Shown here in pieces: positions 1 through 10,167 of a stretch of DNA of 64,000 nt. Made by a program: the position numbers and the translations under genes. The DNA is from Nitrospirales bacterium (lineage in GTDB: Bacteria > Nitrospirota > Nitrospiria > Nitrospirales > UBA8639), in assembly GCA_963555755.3 (NCBI GenBank), contig OY820905.2, positions 1,632,001 through 1,696,000 on the forward strand, given 5' to 3'. The notes below the pieces were generated by a model that saw only the letters and a list, made by a program, of their open reading frames with translations, did not search any database and was not told the DNA's origin. Every line of letters starts with the position of its first letter. Position 1 is the first letter of the stretch.

Positions 1-1
1 G

Positions 2-1006
2 TGGCAAGACTTTGATGCCGAGTTTATTGCCACGCGGGATGAACTGCGCGCACAAGTGCATTTTGCTCTTGGAGGGAAGGCCGTATCCGTGGAGATCGCA
101 GGGGTGAGATTGCAGCGAAAATCTGACATTCTGTTAGCAAGCTTGAGCACAACAACACTCTCCTCGTTCGGCTGGGGTATTCATGCGGTCTCCAGTGACC
201 AAAGTCAATTTATAGAACCTGATCTGCCCGATAGATATTACGTGGAATACCGGCTTAATGCCCAGGGTTGTCGTGGACGGGATTATCCCATACCTCGGTC
301 TAATCAAGGGATGCGCATTTTGGTCCTTGGCGACTCCTATGCACTGGGGGCTGGGGTGCACGAGGCTGATACTATGGCCAGTCAACTTGAAAGTCTATTA
401 CATCAAGATAAATTAGGTGCGAGTTCTAGCATGAGCTATGAGGTCATCAATTGTGGGGCAGGTGGGTACGGCACACGAGATGAGGCGGTGTTATCTGAAA
501 AATTGGTGTCGAGGTATCAGCCGGATGTGGTCTTACTCGTTATGACACCCGACGACGATCAATCCTGGGTTGAAGGGGCAAAACGTGGTGAGTTTGATCA
601 TCTGAGGAAAGATCGAGATCAATTTGTCTCCTGGTCTGACCACAAAGAAAAACTTTTTCAACGATCTTCTCCGGATTATTCAGGGAGCCTCCGAGCGATA
701 CATGATCTTCGACAATCGGTTCAAGGTCGTGGCGCACGTTTGGTTGTGGTCCTATTTCGAAATAATCAAGATCAAGCATGGACGCCGCTAGTCAGTCAGA
801 TAACCGAGGGGCTGAAGGAAACCGGTATCCCCGTATTGGATCTTGGTACAGTATTGTTAAAAAACCAGCCTGGACAGGATCTAACCGTTCACGAGAATGA
901 CAAGCATCCAAATGAGATTGCGCACAAGATTGCTGCAGGGGCAATTCTTGCCTCTTTAAATAAAGAAGATTTTTTTAGTCCCCTCGTAGTGCCGAGCAAA
1001 CCCTAA
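2..1006 (+). CDS. SGNH/GDSL hydrolase family protein, 5'-truncated by window edge (upstream part resembles a carbohydrate-binding beta-sandwich)
   Basis: Frame open from base 2 (WQDFDAEFIAT...); motifs LGDSY, NCGAGGYGT and DKHPNEIAH. Confidence 0.8.
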   Translation, partial: WQDFDAEFIATRDELRAQVHFALGGKAVSVEIAGVRLQRKSDILLASLSTTTLSSFGWGIHAVSSDQSQFIEPDLPDRYYVEYRLNAQGCRGRDYPIPRSNQGMRILVLGDSYALGAGVHEADTMASQLESLLHQDKLGASSSMSYEVINCGAGGYGTRDEAVLSEKLVSRYQPDVVLLVMTPDDDQSWVEGAKRGEFDHLRKDRDQFVSWSDHKEKLFQRSSPDYSGSLRAIHDLRQSVQGRGARLVVVLFRNNQDQAWTPLVSQITEGLKETGIPVLDLGTVLLKNQPGQDLTVHENDKHPNEIAHKIAAGAILASLNKEDFFSPLVVPSKP

Positions 1007-1162
1007 ATTTCCCAGTATCTTTTCCAATGGTGCTGGTTCTTCCTTTTCGTGATTGGATCAAAATTCGCAAGTTGGTTCGTCGTGATATTTTTGAGAAATT
1101 ACAACTCACAAAGCCCGACTTTGCTGTGAAGTCCGAGTTAGGCGCATGGGCCTTTCCGGAGA

Positions 1163-2961
1163 TTGAAACGCACCGTCATGTTGATCGACACATTAAGCCG
1201 TAAGAGTTCAATGTTTCTCCGATTCCCCCACGTGGGCACCACGGTCTTCCTCATTACTTTGACGGGCCTGTATCTCATTCAGCTAGTCAGCCAGGGCACG
1301 GCCTTATCCTTTTCCGTGATCGAATTAGAGCAGATACATCTTAAAAGCGGTCACGCTTTCGAGGTTAAATTGAGCCCAAATGAATTCCCCATACCGCAGG
1401 GATTCGCTCCCATACTCTATGAACACCTGAAAGCAAAGGGAGGCCCAATCATATATGCAAAACCGGTTATCGGAGAGACAAGGGTGTACTATTTTCTAAG
1501 CAATCTTTTGGATAAACGTTTCCCAGATTTATCGGCTGGAATTTGGACGAAACTTGGGCCAGAAGTACAAACCGTAGCAGAGGTTCGAAGCAAGGGGGAG
1601 GGCCGCTACGGCATAGCTGACGGTGGCCTCGTCTTTAGTGCATCGGATAATTCGAGCCCAATAACTAACGGGCGTGCTTATCAGCTTCGCGTCTCCCGGG
1701 TAGTACCTCCTTACCTTACAATCCCTTTGCAGGTCTTATGTTTCGTCGCAGCACTATTCTTTCTTATTCAAGTATTATCGAAGCTACCTCGAGTATGGAC
1801 AACGCTGTATACCCGTAGTTGTCTGTTCCGCAACCTTGCACCTGGAATTGTGGTCTCGGCGATAAGCATCATTGTGTTTTTTGTTGCCGGAGAGATCTAT
1901 CTACGAGCCACGATTCCCTTTACGGAAAGTAATAACGTATTTACCGTCGATCCGAACATCGGAAATTCGTATAAGCCAGGTGCAGAATTGCGTGCCACAA
2001 ATCACGTTGATTTCTGGACAGTTTCAACAATTAATTCCCTAGGTTTTGTTGATCGAGAACCAATGTTGCCAAAAGATGACGACACGTTCCGCATCGTCAT
2101 TATTGGTGATTCCTATGTTGAGGCGGTGCAAGTCGACATGCAGGATAAATTCTCTGTACTGCTTGAGACTCGTCTCAGACAGAGGTTTCCGGATCGCCCG
2201 ATTGATGTCGTGGCGATGGGAATTGCCGGGACTGGCCAGGTCAATCAACTGGCCTACCTTGAAACCTATGCCGAACTCCTTCGCCCGGTCCTGTGGTTAT
2301 GGTATTTGTCGGCAATGATTTCGCTGATAACTCTCCGCTACTCCAAATGATAGAGAAGGGCGTGAACCTTGCTTATTCGCCGTTATTATTCTTTATCCCG
2401 ACCGAAGATGGATATGATCGAACACAGCTAGCACAGGATGCCTGGTCCCATAGCCTGCATTTGGATTGGGGCGAGACAATCTTACGGCGGTTCGAGTACG
2501 CAAAATCTTTCGACCAATATGCTGAGCTTCTCCCAGAATGGAGCTTCTCTGATGGAAACAGCTATCGTTCCGCGATATGGGATATGTTTCACTATGAGGA
2601 GTTACCGCCGGTGGGCTCGCAAGCGATCAAAATTACGGAATATGCTTTGGATCAATATGTCTCGATGGCCGAGCAACACAACTTCCATCTTCTCCTCGTA
2701 TCAGGAGGGCTTACCAAATTTTGGAGTCATAACAATGCTGATGGAAGACAAAGATTAGAGCGGGGTGCAGTCGAACGCGTTGAACGGTTTGCCGAGGAGC
2801 GTAACCTTCCCTTTCTCGATTTGTATCCGGAGTTGGTGCCTCAAGGAAAATTGAGCGAGATACGTTTTAGATATGATGGACACTGGAACGAAGAAGGGCA
2901 CCGTCGTGCTGCGAAGGGGATGTTTGAATTTCTAGTAAAAAATCCTGAGCTTTTGCGCTAA
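1163..2961 (+). pseudogene. Membrane-anchored SGNH/AlgX-AlgJ-like hydrolase/acetyltransferase split by a 1-nt frameshift near 2290 (or a sequencing error)
   Basis: ORF1 has IGDSY and GIAGTG and ends LLRPV; ORF2 resumes VMVFVGND and carries DGHWNEEGH. Together they form one SGNH domain. Confidence 0.75.
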
Positions 2962-2994
2962 GGGATCCTGGGCTCACTTTCCTTTATTGAAGGT

Positions 2995-3939
2995 GTGGGG
3001 TGGAAAAATTTCTCATTGATTGACTGTACCTCACTCCTTAACAAAGTCATTTATTGGCGGCAACGCTATGTCGAGAATGGGCTAGCCGGCCTTCAGGACC
3101 AGCCCCGCTCGGGTCGACCACCCAAGTATGGTAAAACGTTTCGCAATGATCTGCTCAAGGTGTTAAGCCAACCGCCGCCCCAAGGGTTGGCCCTGTGGGA
3201 CGGGCCTGCCGTGGCCGAGGAGTTGGAGGCACCCGTTGACGCGGTCTGGAAAGTGTTACGCAAAGAAGGCATCAATCTGCAACGGCACCGGTCATGGTGT
3301 ATCAGCACCGATACAAACTTTGCCAGCAAGGCCGCGGATATTGTGGGGCTCTATTTAGCCCCGCCGGTCAACGCCATCGTGCTCTGTGTGGATGAAAAAC
3401 CCAGCATTCAGGCCCTGGAACGAAAAACCGGCTATATCAAAACAGAGAGTGGAAAAGTCATCCGCGCCTACCAAAGCACCTATACACGACATGGCACGCT
3501 CAATCTCTTTGCTGCGCTGGAAGTCTCAACAGGAAAAATTCAGGGCAAAGTGACGCCAGAGAAAAAGCGAACGGATTTTCAAGCCTTTCTGGATGAAATT
3601 GTGGAGGAATACTCTCCAGCCCAAGAGATTCACGTCGTGTTAGATAATGACGGCACCCACAAGAAGAACGACGAGTGGCTCGCACGCCATAACAATGTCC
3701 ACTTTCATTTTCCCCCGACATCCGCAAGCTGGCTCAATCAGGTCGAAATCTGGTTTGGGATCTTTTCCCGGAAAGCTCTCCGGGGCGCTTCCTTTGCCAG
3801 TCCTCACCAACTGAGACAGCGTATCGAAGATTGTATCGAACACGACAACCCAAACGCCAAACCATTTAAATGGCGGAAAAGGGAAGTCAAGGGATCGCAG
3901 CTTAAAGATAATATAGCTAACTTAACAAATTAAACACTA
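2995..3939 (+). mobile_element. IS630-family transposase, N-terminally truncated; right end ...TTAAACAC-TA retained
   Basis: DQPRSGRPP, CVDEKPSIQAL, YTRHGT, VLDN and SASWLNQVEIWF motifs; no matching left IR found. Confidence 0.85.
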
Positions 3940-4919
3940 GCAATGATTTCTTGACCTTCTTTTTCACCTCTTTCCAGAAACAATTTTCGAGTATTGAATT
4001 ACACATTGCTGGGTCCCTGGCATACACGAGTTCTCCCGTTTCCCCTAAACTGTAGGGGGAACCTTCCCAATGATTCAGATTTGCAACCCGGTGAACATGG
4101 TCAATGATACCTTGATACATGATAATGTGTGGCTTCACCTTGATAACAGGATCCACTAATCCATGTTCAATAGCCGCGAGCATGTGTTGCGGCCCGTATC
4201 CGGGGGTTCCAAAATTGTATATTTGATACTGTTCATGAGTAAGGATTCCCACCGTATACGGCATGGCTTCGTGATTATTGACGCCTTCTCCAAATGTCAC
4301 AGAACACCCAAAGAACACAAGAGATCTCCCTCCAGAGTTGGTGCTCTGGTTATAGGGAGGCGCAATACGAAGTCCGTATTCATCAGTTGTGATGGCCACT
4401 TCGTACACGGGTGTATTATCGTGTATTCGAATCTTTCGTGCGATTCGGTCAGAATTTGGCTCTTCCGTCCAACCGAGTATGTCGTCGCCCCTACCGTTAT
4501 AGACATTCTCCATCCGGTACTTGTTTTCCCCCACAGACTGGTCGAGTTGAAAACTCAAATACCATTCCCCTAAGACGAGAATGACCAATAGGGCCATTAA
4601 TGTTGATCGATGCTAATTTGAGAAAGGTCCCACGACAGACAATCCCCGAAACAAGGAGGGCTCCTCCCCAAAGTGCCACGACCCACATGTTTGGGTTTGG
4701 TATGTATTCAAGTAAAAGCCATGAAAGGAACAGGGGGATTATCCAAAACAGTATGCGTGCGTTCATTCTTTTGCCGCTTTTTGGTGTTGCAATGGATTTT
4801 TTTAAAAAGACCAAGGAAGCCAAAGACTTAGTGTACGAAAACATTTCCAGGAAATTCATCGGCGCACATAGGCGTGATCTGAAATTCAGCAAGTAATTAT
4901 ATCTAGCATTTTCTGTCAT
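3940..4919 (-). pseudogene. Membrane-anchored SGNH-like protein, frameshifted near 4598 and cut at its 3' end by IS630
   Basis: ORFs 4497-4919 and 3917-4597 join (LASINI / MALLVIL); FGCSVTFG and NFGTPGYGP motifs; C-terminal DxH half missing. Confidence 0.7.
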
Positions 4920-5278
4920 ACCTGAATCTTTGGAACTCGTTATTGATATTTAAGTGTTGTTGAGTGAAATCGTTCAGGAGAAAAGGTATCTTGAAAAAAA
5001 CTCCGAAACAATTAGGCGGGGTCCTTCATAGCAATATCAGATCTGAACAGGCTCCAAATCCTGATAGCCCTGTGACGTTGATGGATAAGATCGATCATCT
5101 TGGCCGGAGACATATTGCATTTTATTGGCGCTTCACCGCCTCCCTTCCTGGGCTCGGCTAATCCGATTCTAACCATTCCCCAATTGGGCCTTTGGCTTTC
5201 GAAATATTTGAGGCATAGCTCACGCATGTCGAATCGTTGTACACACTTCTGATAATTTCCCGTTTTGGTTCTACCGAC

Positions 5279-5447
5279 TGTCAGATTTCCGACATTCCGT
5301 CAGAATCTCCGCGAGAATTTAACCTCCCCCCTCTCTTTCTCAATCTCAGAGAGAGTCCCTTAGGCAAGAAATTCACTGCATTTTTACACATTAATTAGAA
5401 GTTTTGGTGGATGCCCAGAGGAAATATCTTCTGGTATCTGTCTTGCT
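5279..5447 (+). promoter_or_regulatory. sigma54 promoter (TGGTATCTGTCTTGCT, 5432-5447) with upstream TGT-N10-ACA box (5279-5294)
   Basis: Exact GG-N10-GC spacing; palindromic TGTCAGATTTCCGACA; lies upstream of the operon starting at 5572. Confidence 0.65.
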
Positions 5448-5571
5448 TGTATGAAAACGGAATCATCTGTTTCTCACCCTTGGTTTGTTCAAGGCTTCTC
5501 AGGGTGGCCCGTGGGTATCTGGATAGTGGGTTGATTCCCCTTTGGTGTGATCAATATTTATCAAGGAGGAG

Positions 5572-6576
5572 ATGGACATGGTGAGTAGTGAACAGCCGAC
5601 GCAAACCCTGCCCCCCCCGGACGTCTCAGTCATCATTCCCTCCTTTAACAGTGCCCCTCATGTCCGCCAATGCCTGGATGCCCTGAAGGCCCAAATTACC
5701 ACATGTTCCTATGAAGTGATTCTGGTTGACAGCTCACAAGACGCCACACATGACATCGTGACTGACGAATATCCTGACGTGAGACTGTTCCATTTTGATG
5801 AGCGATGCTCAGTGGGCAAAGCACGCAATATTGGGGTTGAGAAAGCCAAGGCGGAAATCGTGTTATTTTTGGATACGGATTGCGTGCCCATTCCCACATG
5901 GCTCGAGCAACTGTACTCGGCCCTTCAGAGTCATCATGTGGTGGGGGTTGGAGGGGCCATCGAGAATGGCACTCCGACAAATATCATGGGGTCGGTGGGG
6001 TTTTACCTCGAATTTTTTCGGTTCCTTTCCTGCAAGGGTTCACCGTGTTTTTCCACATTTCTCATGGGAGGCAATTCGGGGTTTAGAAAAACGGTGTGCC
6101 AATCTCTTCCATTTAAGGATGCCAGTATTGGCGATGATTTCCTGTTTACATGGCATTTGGTTCACAGTGGAAGGCCGTTGTTGTTTGTACCCTCCGCGGT
6201 TGTTCGACACATTAATAAAACCGGACTCCGAAACGTATTAAATTATCAATACCAATTGGGGCTTGGGGCTTGTGCCTATCGTCAAACGGTGTCACCCAGG
6301 CTCAGTTCCTCTATGAAGCGCCTCCCGCCGGCCATTTTCTTGTCTTCAGTTTTTGTCCTGTTCTGGATTGGATGCCTCGTTCTGAAACGGGAAAAGGTTT
6401 TTGATGGGATCAAGTTTTTCCTATTACTTCCCTTTCTCTTGTTTGGACATTTGGTGTGGGCCACGGGTTTCTTTCGGGAAATCATGCGAATACGAAAACT
6501 TCAACCTCACCGACACCCACAAGATCCTTTGATGAGAATGCCACAGTCTGAAGCAGGAGGACAGGCAAAGGGATGA
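5572..6576 (+). CDS. Glycosyltransferase family 2
   Basis: VSVIIPSFN, ARNIG, FLDTD motifs; GGAGGA RBS. Confidence 0.9.
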   Translation: MDMVSSEQPTQTLPPPDVSVIIPSFNSAPHVRQCLDALKAQITTCSYEVILVDSSQDATHDIVTDEYPDVRLFHFDERCSVGKARNIGVEKAKAEIVLFLDTDCVPIPTWLEQLYSALQSHHVVGVGGAIENGTPTNIMGSVGFYLEFFRFLSCKGSPCFSTFLMGGNSGFRKTVCQSLPFKDASIGDDFLFTWHLVHSGRPLLFVPSAVVRHINKTGLRNVLNYQYQLGLGACAYRQTVSPRLSSSMKRLPPAIFLSSVFVLFWIGCLVLKREKVFDGIKFFLLLPFLLFGHLVWATGFFREIMRIRKLQPHRHPQDPLMRMPQSEAGGQAKG

Positions 6577-6643
6577 GCATGTGCTCAAGCAATAGCTACT
6601 CGACATTCCAGTTTTCAGGGCACGTCCAAGGGGGAAGGAATAG

Positions 6644-7498
6644 TTGCGTCACTCAACACCCCTCGATGAGGATCACCTCATGAATCATCCACCTATGTCA
6701 TCACACCTGAATCTGGATGGGTATTTTGGGTTGCGAGAAGTCTGGCGATGCCGAAGTCTTTTCCACATTCTCGTAATGAGGGATCTGAAAATCAAATACC
6801 AGCGGTCTCCCCTTGGGTTTCTTTGGACGTTGCTGAACCCCTTATGTACTTCCCTCATTTTGATCACGGTCTTTACTTATATTATCAAAGTGCCAGTTGA
6901 CCATTATTGGGCCTTCCTGCTGAGCGGGTATTTTGTCTGGAATTTTATGCACCAGGTGCTCCTTCAATCCACGAATTTGTTGAGAGACCATGCCAACCTC
7001 AGGCGTAATATGGCGTTTCCAAGTGAAATTCTTATTTGGAGTGCTGCATTTTCAAGGCTGCTGGAATTTCTGATCGAAATCAGTCTGGTAATAATCGGCC
7101 TGATGGTGTTTCATCATCAGGGCATTCCGACCAGCCTGGTTCTGTTCCCCTTGCTCATTGTTATTCAGATATTTCTCACCGTCGGGTTGATGTACCCCCT
7201 CTCGACGCTCTCAGTTTTTTTCCACGATGTGTCGTATGCGTTGCCAGTTGTTATTTTTACGTTGTTTTATCTCTCTCCCGTATTTTATCCCATAGAAATG
7301 ATCCCGGAGATTGTTCGGCCATACAGTTTTCTCAATCCTTTCTCCGGAATTCTAACCCTGTATCACGCGGTTTTGTACGATGGGCTCTGGCCTTCAATGT
7401 TTTTGCTCAGTTCAGTCTTCGGTAGCGCACTTGTTATTTGTTTGATTGGGTATGCCATCTTTAATCGGTTCAAACATACCTGTGTCGAGATTGCCTGA
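6644..7498 (+). CDS. wzm: ABC-2 polysaccharide exporter permease (Wzm/RfbA-like)
   Basis: RDLKIKYQRSPLGFLWTLLNPL, YLSPVFYP and NPF motifs; about 6 TM helices. Confidence 0.88.
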   Translation: MRHSTPLDEDHLMNHPPMSSHLNLDGYFGLREVWRCRSLFHILVMRDLKIKYQRSPLGFLWTLLNPLCTSLILITVFTYIIKVPVDHYWAFLLSGYFVWNFMHQVLLQSTNLLRDHANLRRNMAFPSEILIWSAAFSRLLEFLIEISLVIIGLMVFHHQGIPTSLVLFPLLIVIQIFLTVGLMYPLSTLSVFFHDVSYALPVVIFTLFYLSPVFYPIEMIPEIVRPYSFLNPFSGILTLYHAVLYDGLWPSMFLLSSVFGSALVICLIGYAIFNRFKHTCVEIA

Positions 7499-7637
7499 CC
7501 GGTCGGCTGTCATAGCGGTCGAGTGTCGAGGAGTTGTGAAAGGATATTAGCGTACCAACACCGTACGCCTCTATCCGCAGTTGGTACTTTTCTGCGGCAA
7601 CTGACTGGCTGCTCGCGAAACAGTCGTCTGGGAGGGG

Positions 7638-8876
7638 GTGCCCATGCTGGAAGTAAAAGTTCGTTCCGCTAAGCAGACTGCGGAGCCCGCAACAATAGGC
7701 CAGATTGAACGGCCGCTCGAGGATGTCGGCACTCGCCCCATAGTATCCGTTGTCATGCCATGCCTCAACGAGAGTGAGACAATCGGCGCATGCATCGAGA
7801 AGATTCAAGACACGTTCGCCGCTTTCAATATCCAAGGGGAGATCGTCGTTTGTGACAATGGGTCAACTGATAGCTCTGTCACGATCGCTGAGTGTTTGGG
7901 TGCGCGCGTAGTTCACCAACCGATCCGTGGGTACGGCAATGCTTACCTGAAAGGATTCGCTTGCGCACGTGGAGTGTACCTTATCATGGGTGATGCCGAT
8001 GACACCTACGATTTCACGCTGATCCCTAAGTTTTTGGACCTCCTAATGAATCAGGATTGCGACTTTGTCACCGGGAGTCGCTACCTTGAGGGAGGGCACA
8101 GGCACATCACTAGCCTACATCGTATCCTAGGCAATCCGGCGCTGACCGGAATCCTCAACGCCCTATTCGGGACCGTGTACACGGACGTGTATTGCGGCTT
8201 TCGCGGGTTTAGCCGGAAGGCCTATGACCTCATCCAGCCGGTTAGCCCTGGGATGGAGTTTAACCTCGAGCTGGCGATCAATGCAGGTCTGGCGGGGCTG
8301 AAGATAGCTGAAGTGCCAATCCAACTGGGCCCCCGCAAGGGGGAGTCGAAGTTACGAACGTTCCAGGATGGGTGGCGCAGCCTGCGAATGATGCTTCTCT
8401 ACTGCCCGAACAAGGTCTTTTTCTGGCCTGGTGCTTTGCTCCTTTGCAGTGGCATGCTAACGCATGTAGCGGTATTACTCGGTTTAGTGATGTGGAATGG
8501 CCGATCAGCGGGTGGTGTCACCGGAGTCTTTGGGACAATCTTCAGCGTCGTGGGGTTCCAAATCCTGACCCTGGGCCTTCACGCCAAAACCTACTCTTGG
8601 AGCCGACGTTTCGACAAAAACAACACAGCGCTGGAGAGGTTCTACCGATTCTTCAATCTGGAAGCTGGACTTGCTATGGCTGCCGGGTTGATCGGCACCG
8701 GTGGGACTATCCTCATCATCCTCATCAACCAATGGCTGAAGGCAAACATGCTGCCTCTGCCACACCCGGAATGGGCATCCTTTGCGGCTACCATGATTAT
8801 CATCGGTTTTAGCACACTTTTCTCATCTCTGTTTATTTCAACCATGTCAATGGACAAGGGAAAGGGGGGTGGTTGA
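7638..8876 (+). CDS. GT2 polyprenyl-phosphate glycosyltransferase (DPM1-like) with C-terminal TM helices
   Basis: SVVMPCLNE, DNGSTD, RGYG, MGDADDTY, GESKL..DGWR motifs. Confidence 0.88.
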   Translation: MPMLEVKVRSAKQTAEPATIGQIERPLEDVGTRPIVSVVMPCLNESETIGACIEKIQDTFAAFNIQGEIVVCDNGSTDSSVTIAECLGARVVHQPIRGYGNAYLKGFACARGVYLIMGDADDTYDFTLIPKFLDLLMNQDCDFVTGSRYLEGGHRHITSLHRILGNPALTGILNALFGTVYTDVYCGFRGFSRKAYDLIQPVSPGMEFNLELAINAGLAGLKIAEVPIQLGPRKGESKLRTFQDGWRSLRMMLLYCPNKVFFWPGALLLCSGMLTHVAVLLGLVMWNGRSAGGVTGVFGTIFSVVGFQILTLGLHAKTYSWSRRFDKNNTALERFYRFFNLEAGLAMAAGLIGTGGTILIILINQWLKANMLPLPHPEWASFAATMIIIGFSTLFSSLFISTMSMDKGKGGG

Positions 8877-9054
8877 GGATTTCATGGCCTGCTCCTCCAT
8901 ATGTTATTCACATCCCCACCAAGCTCCTTTTAAAAGGTCCTCACGGGAATACCGCGGTGACGACTCGCGCTCTAATTTGGAGTGTAGGACTGTTTGTCTG
9001 GAGCGTATCCTTTCGACGTAACGAATGTCCGGGGGATCCCTCTGACTCTTAGGG

Positions 9055-10113
9055 TTGGCCTGGTACCCGAATGTCATGATGTTAGGTTTCCTTAAACGGC
9101 TTTCTTTTTTTTCCGACGAGCAACTCGCTCCGGTGGATGACTGGTCCGAGAGGTTCTGGGAGTTTGTAGTCCGGCCGCTCGTGCTTCGGTGGAAAGTCTG
9201 CCATATTGCTGGGCCCGAGACAGTGGATTACGCCCCAGACGAACTCATCGCCATTTGTGTCGTACGTAATGGCGCGTCTCACATTCGACAGTTTGTCGAA
9301 CATCACTTTGAACTAGGAGTGCGGCATATCGTTTTTTTGGATAACAACTCCTCTGATGATACCGTTCGAATCGCGGCTTCGTACTCCAATGTCACTGTTC
9401 TACAGACTAACTGCCCTTATCGATTCTATGAAAATGTCATGAAGCGGTATCTTGTGAAGCGTTTTGCAAAAAAACGCTGGAGTCTGTGCGTCGATATCGA
9501 TGAACGTTTCGAATATCCATGCGCCAATGTGCTCTCCATAAGGTCCTTTCTTGCCTATCTCAACGAGCATTCTTACACCGCTGTGGTAGCTCAGATGCTT
9601 GATCTTTTTGCGGATAATCCTGTTGATGAGTCTCAATGGGGACCTGACCAACCGGTTGAGGATGTTTGTAATTACTACGATATTTCTAATATCGAAAAAA
9701 CACATTACAAATGGGGGATCCTGTCGAATGAGAAGGTAGACATGCACTTCGGTGGAATCCGCAGAACATTGTTCGGGACTAGAAACGGGCTGACTAAGGC
9801 AGCCATGGTGTTTCTTGACGGGCAGGTCCTGCCATTCGTCGAATGGCACCACGCACTGCACGCCCGAATTGCCGATATTTCCTGCCTACTGCGGCATTAT
9901 CCCTTCGCTGGTTCCTTTTATGAAAAAGTATTAGATGCTGTGGAGACTGGTAGGTACGGCAGTTTTACGACTCTTGAATATCAGAATTACTGGCAGATTT
10001 TAAAGCAAAATCCAGCACTTGGTAAAAAGCGGGAAACTGGCCGGAAATTGGAATGTGTTGATGCACTGGTGAACGAAGGTTTTCTAGTAGTCTCCGAGGC
10101 GTATCAGCAGTAG
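9055..10113 (+). CDS. Glycosyltransferase family 2-like protein (Glyco_tranf_2_4 type); paralog of 32371-33405
   Basis: HHFELGV.HIVFLDNNSSDDT and W.LCVDIDE motifs. Confidence 0.8.
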   Translation: MAWYPNVMMLGFLKRLSFFSDEQLAPVDDWSERFWEFVVRPLVLRWKVCHIAGPETVDYAPDELIAICVVRNGASHIRQFVEHHFELGVRHIVFLDNNSSDDTVRIAASYSNVTVLQTNCPYRFYENVMKRYLVKRFAKKRWSLCVDIDERFEYPCANVLSIRSFLAYLNEHSYTAVVAQMLDLFADNPVDESQWGPDQPVEDVCNYYDISNIEKTHYKWGILSNEKVDMHFGGIRRTLFGTRNGLTKAAMVFLDGQVLPFVEWHHALHARIADISCLLRHYPFAGSFYEKVLDAVETGRYGSFTTLEYQNYWQILKQNPALGKKRETGRKLECVDALVNEGFLVVSEAYQQ

Positions 10114-10167
10114 GCGAAATCACATACTTGAAAGGCGCACAGGTAGAACTCAGGGCGTTCTGGATTC

